DNA of 64,000 nucleotides from Candidatus Acidiferrales bacterium (GTDB taxonomy: Bacteria > Acidobacteriota > Terriglobia > Acidiferrales > UBA7541). Under the pieces are notes generated by a model. It was not told where the DNA came from and made no database searches. It saw only the letters and a list, made by a program, of their open reading frames with translations. Position 1 is the stretch's first letter. Every line of letters starts with the position of its first letter. Where the stretch lies: contig CAVTTX010000004.1 in the NCBI GenBank assembly GCA_963737645.1, positions 287,010 through 351,009 on the forward strand, given 5' to 3'. This document shows, in pieces, positions 30,061 to 39,966 of the stretch. The position numbers were made by a program, and so were the translations under genes.

Positions 30061-31728
30061 GTGAAAATCAATGTAGCCGCAGGGAAACCAGCTGATCCCT
30101 CTATCCTGGTTAATGTTCCGAAGTTGGTCACCGCCTACTATGAAGTGCGGCCCGACCCCAGTGACCCACGGCAACAGGTCGTTTTCGGCACCTCTGGCCA
30201 TCGCGGGTCCGCTTTCGACGGCGCGTTCAACGAGTGGCACATCCTAGCCATCACTCAAGCGATTTGTGATTACCGCAAGTCGCAGAAGATTGATGGGCCA
30301 CTCTTCCTTGGAATGGATACTCATGCCTTGTCGGAACCTGCATTTGCGAGCGCTTTGGAGGTGCTCGCGGCGAACAATGTCGAGGTCATGCTTTCAGAAG
30401 CCACCGCGTACACGCCCACTCCAGCCGTATCCCACGCCATCGTCAGTTACAACGCCGGAAGAGATACGGGAATCGCCGACGGTATCGTGATTACTCCGTC
30501 TCACAACCCCCCAGATGATGGAGGTTTCAAATATGACCCTCCACACGCTGGACCAGCCGATTTGCAGGTGACCACCTGGATCGAATCCAAAGCCAACGAA
30601 TTTCTCCGGAACAAGTTGGAAGGCGTCAAGCGGATTCTCTTCCTACGTGCACTTCGTGCCTCGACCACTCATCGATACAACTACCTGAATGCCTACGTCA
30701 ACGATCTCAAAACCGTCATTGATCTAGCAGCGATTCGCGATTCGAAGATCACACTTGGCGTCGATCCCCTCGGCGGCGCTGGCATTGATTATTGGCCACG
30801 GATGGCCGAGCGGTACGGCCTCAATCTGACGGTTGTGAACAAAACGGTCGATCCAACCTTTCGATTCATGACCGTGGATTGGGACGGCAAAATTCGCATG
30901 GATCCTTCCTCCCCTTATGCCATGCAGAGGCTGATTGGATTGAAAGACGAATTTGACATCGCGTTTGCCAGCGACACCGACCACGATCGTCATGGCATCG
31001 TGACCAAGGGGAGCGGGTTGCTGCCACCCAACCACTATCTCTCGGCCTGCATTCATTACTTGTTTTCGAATCGGAAGGAGTGGGGGCAGGACGTCTCTGT
31101 CGGAAAAACCGTTGTGAGTAGCAGCATGATCGATCGGGTCAGCGCGCGGTTGGGCCGTCATCTGTACGAAGTTCCGGTCGGCTTCAAGTGGTTCGTCGAA
31201 GGCCTCTTGAATGGCCGGCTGGGTTTTGCAGGCGAAGAGAGTGCTAGCTGTTCGTTTATTGGCCTCGAAGGTGGTGTGTGGTCCACCGACAAAGACGGGA
31301 TCATTCCTTGCCTGCTCTCCGCCGAAATCACCGCTCGTCTAGGTAAGGATCCCGGTGAACTCTATCGTGAACTCACCCGTGATCTTGGGGATCCGGTTTA
31401 CGAACGCGTTGAAGCTCCCGCGACACCCCAACAAAAAGCCGCGCTCGAAAAATTATCGCCAACCGATATCCGCGTTACGGAAGTTGCTGGCCAAAAGATC
31501 GAGCGCATTCTGACCACGGCTCCTGGCGACGGCAGTCCGATCGGCGGAATTAAGGTGGTCGCAAAGGATGGCTGGTTTGCGGCCCGCCCCTCGGGTACGG
31601 AAGAAATCTACAAGATTTACGCAGAGAGCTTCCTCGGCCAGGATCATTTACGACGGATCGAAGAGGAAGCGCAAACAATTGTCTCGGACACGCTCTCACG
31701 GAGCGCCCGAGCAATGATTGGCGATTAG
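30061..31728 (+). CDS. pgm: Phosphoglucomutase (alpha-D-glucose-1,6-bisphosphate dependent)
   Basis: FGTSGHRG, ITPSHNPP phosphoserine loop, DTDHDR, GEESA, RPSGTE. Confidence 0.96.
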   Translation: MKINVAAGKPADPSILVNVPKLVTAYYEVRPDPSDPRQQVVFGTSGHRGSAFDGAFNEWHILAITQAICDYRKSQKIDGPLFLGMDTHALSEPAFASALEVLAANNVEVMLSEATAYTPTPAVSHAIVSYNAGRDTGIADGIVITPSHNPPDDGGFKYDPPHAGPADLQVTTWIESKANEFLRNKLEGVKRILFLRALRASTTHRYNYLNAYVNDLKTVIDLAAIRDSKITLGVDPLGGAGIDYWPRMAERYGLNLTVVNKTVDPTFRFMTVDWDGKIRMDPSSPYAMQRLIGLKDEFDIAFASDTDHDRHGIVTKGSGLLPPNHYLSACIHYLFSNRKEWGQDVSVGKTVVSSSMIDRVSARLGRHLYEVPVGFKWFVEGLLNGRLGFAGEESASCSFIGLEGGVWSTDKDGIIPCLLSAEITARLGKDPGELYRELTRDLGDPVYERVEAPATPQQKAALEKLSPTDIRVTEVAGQKIERILTTAPGDGSPIGGIKVVAKDGWFAARPSGTEEIYKIYAESFLGQDHLRRIEEEAQTIVSDTLSRSARAMIGD

Positions 31729-31747
31729 CCGCTGAGAGGAGTCACTT

Positions 31748-34291
31748 ATGAGCAGTCCCGCATATTCCAATCGTCCACCTGAGCAAGTCATAGCCGATGC
31801 TCTCAACGACCTGGCTTTGGATTTGAGATGGTCTTACAAACACTCGGCGGATCGCCTCTGGGAACGACTGGACCCGGAACTTTGGGAACTAACACACAAT
31901 CCCTGGGTCATTCTGCAAACGATATCTCAGGAAAAACTGCGGAGCGTCGTCGCCGATCCGGATTTTCAAACCTTGGTCGCTGATCTTCGTCACGAAAAAC
32001 ATGCCGCAGATCGCTCCGAAGGCTGGTTTCAAAAGGCCCATCCGCATTCGGACCTCTCCGGCGTCGCGTATTTTTCCATGGAATTTATGCTCAGCGAAGG
32101 GCTGCCCATTTATTCCGGCGGCCTCGGCAACGTTGCCGGCGATCAGCTCAAGACGGCCAGCAACCTGGCCGTTCCCGTGACCGGGATTGGACTCCTCTAT
32201 CAACAAGGGTATTTCCGGCAGGAAATCGACGCTCAGGGTCAGCAACAGGCTTTGTATCCCTACAATGACCCCGGTCAGTTGCCCATCAGACCTTTGCGTG
32301 AACAAAACGGAGAATGGTTGCGCTTAACCATCGATTTTCCTGGTACCAAGCTTTGGATCCGCGTGTGGCAGGTGCAGGTGGGCCGGACGAAATTATATCT
32401 CTTGGACACCAACGATCCAGCGAATATCCCGGCCCATCGCGGTATTACTAGCGAACTCTACGGAGGCGGTTCGGAGTTGCGCTTAAAGCAGGAGTTAGTG
32501 CTCGGGATTGGCGGCTGGCAGCTCGTGCAGGCTCTCGGTTTGAAGCCTGAAGTCTGCCACCTCAACGAGGGCCACGCGGCATTTGCAGTTTTAGAGCGAG
32601 CGCGCTCGTATATGGCCGATAGCCGAAAGCCATTCGACGTGGCGCTCACGATCACGCGGGCCGGCAATCTTTTTACTACTCATACCCCTGTTGAAGCAGG
32701 ATTCGACCGCTTCGCTCCTGGCTTGATTGCTTGGTATTTCAAAGACTATGCCGAACGCTGCCTGTCGATTTCCCTCCAGGACCTCATGGCCCTCGGAAGG
32801 CGCGACCGCGGAGATTCATCGGAACCCTTCAATATGGCTTACCTCGCCGTCCGGGGAAGCGGCGGCGTCAATGGCGTAAGCCAGTTGCACGGCCAAGTCA
32901 GCCGCCGAATTTTTCAAGTGCTCTTTCCGCGTTGGCCCGAGACCGAAGTACCGGTCACCCACGTGACTAACGGGGTGCACGCTTCCACGTGGGATTCTGC
33001 TGCAGCGGATGACCTTTGGGAACGCGCATGCGGAAAAGCCCGCTGGCACGGAACCACCGAAGGAATGAAGAATCAACTCGAAAAAACTAGCGATTCCGAT
33101 CTTTGGCAGCTTCGAACGGACAGCCGTAGCTCTCTGGTGAATTACGTTCGCAAACTACACGCTCGACAAATAGCCGTTCGAGGTGCCTCCTCGGAAGAGC
33201 TTACCAAGGCCGCCCAAGTACTTAATCCGGACACGCTCACTCTAGGCTTCGCGCGGCGCTTCGCGTCTTATAAGCGACCTAACCTCCTCTTGCACGATTC
33301 AGAACGCCTCATGCGCATCCTGACCAATCCGGAGCGCCCGGTCCAACTCGTACTCGCCGGCAAAGCTCATCCGCAGGACGCGGAGGGGCAAGGAATGATT
33401 CGGCAATGGGTCCACTTCGCGCGACGTCCCGAAATGGCTTCTCGGGTCGTCTTTCTCAGCGACTACGATGTGCTCATGGCGGAGCAACTGGTCCAGGGCG
33501 TGGATCTTTGGGTCAACACACCCCGACGTCCCTGGGAGGCAAGCGGCACAAGCGGTATGAAGGTCCTGGTCAACGGCGGCCTGAATCTTTCGGAGTTAGA
33601 CGGCTGGTGGGCGGAAGCGTACTCTCCCGAGGTCGGGTGGGCTATAGGCGACAGGCAAGAACACGATGATGTAGAACATTGGGACGCAATCGAAGCCGAG
33701 GCTCTCTATGGCTTACTCGAGCGAGAGATTGCTCCTGAATTCTATGCCCGAGACAATCGAGGGGTTCCGCGCGCCTGGGTCGCGCGCATGCGCGAGAGCA
33801 TGAGTAGATTGACGCCGCTATTCTCGACGAACCGGGTTGTCCGTCAGTACGTCGAGCAACACTATCTTTCAGCCGCTTCGGCGTTTCGAGAGCGCACTGC
33901 AAAACAAGGCGCGATGGGGACGGATTTGGTCGGTTGGCAGGCCCGACTCGCACAGCACTGGTCAAACCTACGATTTGGGAGCGCGACCGTCGAACAAAAA
34001 GATAGGCAATATTTTTTTCAGGTTCAAGCTTTTCTCGATGAACTCGATCCCGACGCGGTCACGGTCGAGCTCTACGCTGAGGCCCAAAATGGTCATGCCC
34101 TGTCGCGCGAACCCACGACTCGTGGTGAACACCTGGTCGGTTCCCCTAACGGTTTCACTTATAACGCCCGAATTGCGGCGACTCGCCCGGTAGCCGACTA
34201 TACGCCGCGACTGGTTCCACAGCACCGTGGTGCACTCGTGCCGCTCGAGGTACCTTTTATCTTATGGCACGACTCGCCCTCATGGCGATAA
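31748..34291 (+). CDS. glgP: Alpha-glucan phosphorylase
   Basis: YFSMEF, YSGGLGNVAGD, FARRFASYKR, EASGTSGMK PLP site. Confidence 0.95.
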   Translation: MSSPAYSNRPPEQVIADALNDLALDLRWSYKHSADRLWERLDPELWELTHNPWVILQTISQEKLRSVVADPDFQTLVADLRHEKHAADRSEGWFQKAHPHSDLSGVAYFSMEFMLSEGLPIYSGGLGNVAGDQLKTASNLAVPVTGIGLLYQQGYFRQEIDAQGQQQALYPYNDPGQLPIRPLREQNGEWLRLTIDFPGTKLWIRVWQVQVGRTKLYLLDTNDPANIPAHRGITSELYGGGSELRLKQELVLGIGGWQLVQALGLKPEVCHLNEGHAAFAVLERARSYMADSRKPFDVALTITRAGNLFTTHTPVEAGFDRFAPGLIAWYFKDYAERCLSISLQDLMALGRRDRGDSSEPFNMAYLAVRGSGGVNGVSQLHGQVSRRIFQVLFPRWPETEVPVTHVTNGVHASTWDSAAADDLWERACGKARWHGTTEGMKNQLEKTSDSDLWQLRTDSRSSLVNYVRKLHARQIAVRGASSEELTKAAQVLNPDTLTLGFARRFASYKRPNLLLHDSERLMRILTNPERPVQLVLAGKAHPQDAEGQGMIRQWVHFARRPEMASRVVFLSDYDVLMAEQLVQGVDLWVNTPRRPWEASGTSGMKVLVNGGLNLSELDGWWAEAYSPEVGWAIGDRQEHDDVEHWDAIEAEALYGLLEREIAPEFYARDNRGVPRAWVARMRESMSRLTPLFSTNRVVRQYVEQHYLSAASAFRERTAKQGAMGTDLVGWQARLAQHWSNLRFGSATVEQKDRQYFFQVQAFLDELDPDAVTVELYAEAQNGHALSREPTTRGEHLVGSPNGFTYNARIAATRPVADYTPRLVPQHRGALVPLEVPFILWHDSPSWR

Positions 34292-34970
34292 CCGCCGCCC
34301 GCTTAGAGTTGCTTTCAGTCGTATCTCACGAAGGCCGTATTGTTTATGCTTCCATTGGCAGTCGCAGCTATCGATCAGCGTCAATCTCGCAAAAGCTAGG
34401 GTCTGGGCCCATGTCGAGGCCACTTGTCACATCGGACCCGTTCAATCTAAAGATTGCGCGATCCTACGCAGATGACTTGGATGGGGACTCTCATATTACC
34501 GCCTATTCCGGTTTCCTTGATGGTTGGCCTCTCCCGGTAAGCCCCGACTGCGTCTTCGACGCGTCGCTAGTGCCAGGAACTTGCCCGCGACGTTCTTCTG
34601 ATTTGAAAGGACCTATCAACAAGTTCCTGGAGGGGCGTCCACTGGACATCATCAGTCCCTTCCAGTACCTACCTGGATGAGGTGCTGCATCAATTAGGAT
34701 TCGTCACGGGGCGGCCGCGTCGGTATCTGGATTAAGGTTCGGGCGCTTAGTGGTTGAAGATCCCCGCCAATTGAAATCGTGCGAACTTCAACGAGTCGGG
34801 AACCAGATGACGCGCGTCCTTACAGCCAGAATTCATCGTTGTCGAGCTCAAACAATCGCCACACACCGCTTAAAGCATCCTGCATCATTGAAACAAGAGA
34901 TAGGCGGGTGGTTCACGGAATTCTGATTTTATACCCTTGGTGACACATAATAATTTTAGAGACCTTCGCT

Positions 34971-35543
34971 ATGAATACAGCCTACGTGTTGCTCTCCAAC
35001 GGTTATGCGGATTGGGAGCCTGCTTCAGCTCTAGCCGAATTGAGGCGGACGTTTGGGTTTTCTGTGAGGACGATAGGTTTGACCTCAGAAACAGTCGTGA
35101 GCATGGGTGGGCTCAGAGTGATCCCGGATCTCACCTTGCCGGAATTTGCGCCAGAATCAGCAGATATCCTCATTCTGCCTGGCGGGGTCTCTTGGACTAA
35201 AGGAGAAGTGCCAGAGGTCTCGAAAGCGGCGCAAACAATGGTTGCGCTGAGCCGTCCTGTTGCGGCCATCTGTGCTGCGACTCTGGCGTTGGCTTATGCT
35301 GGCTTGCTCGATGAGCATTCCCATACCAGCAATGGCAGGGGCTTTATCGGGAAATACGTTCCCCAGTATCGCGGCGAAAGGCTATACCAAGCATCTCCAT
35401 CAGTCAGCGATAGATTTGTTATCACAGCAAATGGTCTAGCCCCTTTCGCATTCGCCGCTGAGATCTTCCGGGCATTAGCCCCTAAACGACAACAGGACAT
35501 CGAGACCTACGAGAAACTCTACTCGCATGGCATGCTCGACTGA
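34971..35543 (+). CDS. DJ-1/PfpI family protein
   Basis: ADWE, SMGGL, LILPGG, AAICAA nucleophile Cys. Confidence 0.88.
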   Translation: MNTAYVLLSNGYADWEPASALAELRRTFGFSVRTIGLTSETVVSMGGLRVIPDLTLPEFAPESADILILPGGVSWTKGEVPEVSKAAQTMVALSRPVAAICAATLALAYAGLLDEHSHTSNGRGFIGKYVPQYRGERLYQASPSVSDRFVITANGLAPFAFAAEIFRALAPKRQQDIETYEKLYSHGMLD

Positions 35544-35811
35544 CTGAGGATCAACTGAACTTTGAATTGAAGATTGACGGGCTACCCGGAAGTTGAGATG
35601 GATGGACGTGGTGGAGCTACAATGATCTGGCCGGGCGAAACGGAAGCGGGCTCTGCGGGGACGCAACCATGCTGAGGGATAGCCTGGTGGTCGTATCGAT
35701 GCCTTGAAAATCCCGGCCCGAAGGGTGGAATACTCACTAACGGAGAGCGCCCTCTTTCCATTACAGGCTGAACCAACACACCACGTGAGAGTGCTCGCCA
35801 AAGGATTTTCA

Positions 35812-36027
35812 ATGGAAGACGAAAAACAGATAAGACTTGAAGCACGGGCAAGGATCGATGTCAGGAAGCTTTACGAAAGAGGCGAAATCACATTGAAGGA
35901 ACACGCATCGGCTATTGCATATCTGAGGGGCGTTTGGTTCGATCACCTTTCGGACATCGAGATCGAAGATTTCCTTTGCAGGGAAATCAGAAAGCTGGAA
36001 CCCCCGGCAGTCCAACCCGGCCAGTAG
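35812..36027 (+). CDS. Small hypothetical protein
   Basis: AAAGGA upstream of ATG 35812; helical-looking 71-aa product. Confidence 0.45.
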   Translation: MEDEKQIRLEARARIDVRKLYERGEITLKEHASAIAYLRGVWFDHLSDIEIEDFLCREIRKLEPPAVQPGQ

Positions 36028-36716
36028 GCTTACACCGCCAGCGCGACCGTGTTTGAACTAGGGTGTGCATGAGCCTTCGCGGCTTTCGCGCGCCCCGCCT
36101 TCATCACGCCCGCCAGCATTTTCGGTACCGTCAGTGAAATAGCAGAGCCCCTAGCGGACACATGGGGGCCTCTTAGGAACGAACCGGAATCTCATTTGAA
36201 GGGCCGTAAGGAACTATCTGATTTGATGATGATAAGTATTACTAATGGATCCAATAACAGTTCCTAATAGGGTGCTTACGTCTCCACACTGTCAATAGGG
36301 ATCTCCGCTAGCACTCCCGGTGCAATTCCTATCCCGCCAGGAATTAGAAGCGCTCTAAAGTCTCGCAGTGTATGGAAGATATCGTCCTGTGCCTCTTGTG
36401 GTAAGGGCGTACGAGTGCACGATGATGCGGGGCCCGGATCGTAGCGTTCGCTCGTTGGAGTTCGGTTTGCCAATAGCTGAGACACTGTTGCTCCTTGCAG
36501 GGGGTCCGGTGACCATCCGAAGGCTCTGCGAGTTCGGCATCTAAAGCTCTAGAACGCGGTGTGCTTAGGCCATACAGATTATCCGGTATGGATTGCCCAT
36601 ATTCGCCTCACATATATTTGCGCGGTTTGAACAGGTGCGAGGGCACCCCAGGCGCCAAGTTTTCGGAGATCGTGCGATAGGCTCAGGTTCACGCTGGGTG
36701 GATTGTTGGGGTTCTT

Positions 36717-38165
36717 ATGGGTGTGCACCGGCTCCGACCAATTGCCAGAATCATGGCCTCGGTAGGGATGGTTGTCCTAACCGCCGAAGTCTGCCGCCAC
36801 GTACGGCATATTAACCAGACTGCTGTCGCGGTAGCTCTGCTTTTTGTGCTCGAACTAATCGCCATCAACGTAGGTTTTGTCGAGGCCCTTGTATCCACGG
36901 TCGCGGCAGGTGCGGAGCTCGGTTATCTCTTTGTTCGTCAGCCGAGCAGACCACCGGCAGGGATGGTGGAATGGGTCGCGATCGCGACGTTCATGCTGGT
37001 CGCGATCATTACCATTCGACTTTCGGATCAGGCCAAGTCAGCGGCAATGGAAGCAGCCAGGCGCACCGAGGAAATGGCGCTGTTGTACAAGTTCGGGCTG
37101 GAAATGGTACCAGCAGAGAACAGCACGAACATGATTGAGCGCGGCTTGAGTGCGGCTGTTAACACCTTTGCGATTGAAGGTGTCTCGTTCAGGTTGTCGT
37201 CAACCGGTGAAGTCTTCCGCGCAGGACCCGCAGGCCCGATGATCCCTGAGGATGAACTGCGGCTAAAGAATATTGCCCAGGATTCGGCAGAGCGGCCGTC
37301 TGGAGACTTCCTTTTTGTTTCCCTGGACGGTCATGGTGGGTCGCTCGGCGTACTCGGTTTTTGCGGTGTCAAGGTCTCTCAGCGGGTGCTCCGCGTGGTT
37401 TGCCATCGCCTGGCGATGTCCCTGGAACGGGCCATTGCTCTTGAGCGGGCAACAGAAGTGGAAGCGATAAGAAGAAGCGCGGAACTAGCGTCGGCGGTAT
37501 TGGATTCGCTTGCTCATGACATTAAGACACCATTGGCGACCACGAAAGTGGCATTGGCCTCGCTTCTGCGTATTAAAGATAAGTTGTCGGACCCGCACAT
37601 GCCCCTCTTATCGATGATTAATGAACAAGTGGACCGTATGGATTACGTGATCAGCGAAGTTCTGAACATGGGATATCTGGAAGGCGGCCTCTTGCGTCTT
37701 TCGAGAGGATCATACACCGTAAAGGCGTTGATTGCGTCGACCCTCGACGAAATGAGTGGAATGCTACAAGGACGGTCCGTCGAGATTGATGTTCCGGAAA
37801 GCACTCCCATGATCTTTGCCGATCTGCACATGATGAAACAAGTCCTGAAGCAGCTATTGGAAAACGCTTCAAAGTACACCCCTGCAGGAACGCCGCTCTC
37901 CATCTCCTCCGTTGAATCAGACGGGGTGGTAATGATCGAGGTTGCCGATCGTGGGCCGGGTATTCCGGAAGGAGACCGTCAGAGAATTTTTGATAAGTAT
38001 TATCGTGGACCAAACAGCCAGGATAAAACGGTTGGGCTGGGATTGGGATTGGCCATTGCGAATAGAATCGTAAAGGCTCACGGCGGACAGATTTGGGTGA
38101 GTCCAAACCACGACTCTGGGTCCATCTTTCATTTCTCGCTGCCCAGCCCGGAGGTGTCGCCATGA
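36717..38165 (+). CDS. KdpD-like sensor histidine kinase (4-TM DUF4118-type input; no N-terminal KdpD/USP domains)
   Basis: Four TM helices; SLAHDIKTPL H-box, LLENASKY N-box, DRGPGI, GLGLGLAIA. Confidence 0.85.
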   Translation: MGVHRLRPIARIMASVGMVVLTAEVCRHVRHINQTAVAVALLFVLELIAINVGFVEALVSTVAAGAELGYLFVRQPSRPPAGMVEWVAIATFMLVAIITIRLSDQAKSAAMEAARRTEEMALLYKFGLEMVPAENSTNMIERGLSAAVNTFAIEGVSFRLSSTGEVFRAGPAGPMIPEDELRLKNIAQDSAERPSGDFLFVSLDGHGGSLGVLGFCGVKVSQRVLRVVCHRLAMSLERAIALERATEVEAIRRSAELASAVLDSLAHDIKTPLATTKVALASLLRIKDKLSDPHMPLLSMINEQVDRMDYVISEVLNMGYLEGGLLRLSRGSYTVKALIASTLDEMSGMLQGRSVEIDVPESTPMIFADLHMMKQVLKQLLENASKYTPAGTPLSISSVESDGVVMIEVADRGPGIPEGDRQRIFDKYYRGPNSQDKTVGLGLGLAIANRIVKAHGGQIWVSPNHDSGSIFHFSLPSPEVSP

Positions 38166-38872
38166 ACACTGAAAAAATCCTTATTGTGGACGATGAGCTC
38201 CCCTTTCGAATGGCGATGCGAGTTGCGTTGCGGCTGCGGGGTTTCACCGTCGATGAGGCTGAGACGGGCGAAGCGGCTCTCGAAAAAATCAGGAGCGATC
38301 GGCCCGATCTTATTCTTCTCGATATGAATCTTCCCGGCCTCAACGGATTGGAATGCTGCCGCGAAATCCGCGCCGGTACGGAGATACCTATCATCATGCT
38401 TTCCGTGCGCAGCGATTCCAAAGACAAGGTCCAGGCATTGAACTCCGGAGCAGACGACTACGTGATCAAGCCGTTCAACCTTGAAGAGCTGATCGCAAGA
38501 CTGCACGCCAATCTTCGCAGAGTGCCTCATTTGCCTCTGGGCGGCCGCAAAGTCATAACTCTGGATACCGTGCAGATTGATTTCAAGGCACGGACCGTGA
38601 AAGCCCGTAACAGAAACGTGCAATTGACGCGGAAAGAATTCGACCTGTTGTCGTACCTGGTCACCAATGCTGGTGAAGTTATCCCACATCGGAAACTGCT
38701 TCAGGTGGTGTGGGGACCCCATTACGGGGATGAGGCGGAATATCTCCGAGTATTTGTGAATCATTTACGAAAGAAGATCGAACCAGACCCCTCGGCCCCC
38801 AAGTACATCATCACCGCCCTGGGCATGGGGTATCGATTTGATCTTCCACCGGGAGCATTAACAGCACACTAA
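38162..38872 (+). CDS. KdpE-like OmpR-family response regulator
   Basis: ILIVDDE, DLILLD, GADDYVIKPF, wHTH VWGPHYGDEAEYLRVFVNHLRKKIEPDP; ATGA overlap. Confidence 0.9.
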   Translation: MNTEKILIVDDELPFRMAMRVALRLRGFTVDEAETGEAALEKIRSDRPDLILLDMNLPGLNGLECCREIRAGTEIPIIMLSVRSDSKDKVQALNSGADDYVIKPFNLEELIARLHANLRRVPHLPLGGRKVITLDTVQIDFKARTVKARNRNVQLTRKEFDLLSYLVTNAGEVIPHRKLLQVVWGPHYGDEAEYLRVFVNHLRKKIEPDPSAPKYIITALGMGYRFDLPPGALTAH

Positions 38873-38997
38873 TTTCCACTTTATGCTCCCTTTATTCCAT
38901 GGGCGATACGCTCTAGCGCGACGGATGGCATTCGGAATGGCTGTCTATCGCACTCCAGTGGAATCGCGCTGGGTTTCCAACTAGCCGTCGGTAAGCT

Positions 38998-39957
38998 ATG
39001 AGTCCTCGCGAGATTTCTGATTGGGCCGGTATTTTAGCGTTGTTGTGTTTTTGCGCCGCAGCTACGCTCCGCGCCTCCAAGTTACTGCGATCCGTTTCGA
39101 ACGCGATCACAGCGACGGCAAAACAGAAGCAGTTTCGCACTCACATGAGCCGCATCGCCCTCCCGGTCGTCGTCACAGACAGACTAGGACAATTCGTCTC
39201 TGGCTTGAAGCAGGACGACTTTCTCGTGTTCGAAAATGGCAAGGCTCAAGTGATTTCCGGGTTTCGCGAAGAGGACGTGCCCATGACGTTGGGACTGGTT
39301 GTTGATAGCAGCGAAAGCATGCGAGCGAAGAGCACTGAGGTAAGAGCCGTAGCAATGAACTTGGCAGAATCCAGTAATGCCAGCGATGAGATCTTTGTTG
39401 TGACGTTTAACGGAAGGGTTTGCCTGAGCCTACCTCCCAATATTCCATTCACGAACAACGTGGAGCAACTGGAAGCGGCCTTGCACAAAAGCGCTCCCGA
39501 AGGGGAAACAGCACTGTACGATGCGATTCTCTTGGCCATGAAACACTTGGAACTGAGCACTCGGGAGCGGAAATCAATTCTGCTCATCAGCGACGGAGAC
39601 GACAACGCCAGCCGCATCAGTGCTCATCAAGTTTTGGCCGCAGCGAAACGGAATTTCGCGCCAATTTACGTTCTTGGCATTCAGCACGATGGCTATTTTG
39701 ACACCAACGCCACGTTCCTGAATCAATTAGCCGAAGTGACGGGCGGGAGAGCACATTTTATTGCTCGCCGTGATCCGCTTTCTGATATCGCTAGGCAGAT
39801 TGCCCGAGAACTGCGCGAGCAATACATCCTGGTTTACTCACCCTCGAACGGGAAATGCGACGAGCCTTTCAGAACCATTCGTGTTGTGGCTCAGACTCCT
39901 GCTCAGGGCACGCTTCTCGTTCGTACGCGGCCCGGCTATCAGGCCCAGAACGGATGA
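38998..39957 (+). CDS. VWA-domain protein, acidobacterial type
   Basis: VTDRLG.FVSGLKQDDF, VDSSESM MIDAS, TALYDAI, ISDGDD, TGG, RTRPGY. Confidence 0.88.
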   Translation: MSPREISDWAGILALLCFCAAATLRASKLLRSVSNAITATAKQKQFRTHMSRIALPVVVTDRLGQFVSGLKQDDFLVFENGKAQVISGFREEDVPMTLGLVVDSSESMRAKSTEVRAVAMNLAESSNASDEIFVVTFNGRVCLSLPPNIPFTNNVEQLEAALHKSAPEGETALYDAILLAMKHLELSTRERKSILLISDGDDNASRISAHQVLAAAKRNFAPIYVLGIQHDGYFDTNATFLNQLAEVTGGRAHFIARRDPLSDIARQIARELREQYILVYSPSNGKCDEPFRTIRVVAQTPAQGTLLVRTRPGYQAQNG

Positions 39958-39966
39958 TCCACAAAT

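Noticed and set aside
34292-34970. 138-aa ORF 34264-34680 and surrounding intergenic DNA
   Set aside because: No SD or motif, and it overlaps the glgP end; likely decayed sequence.
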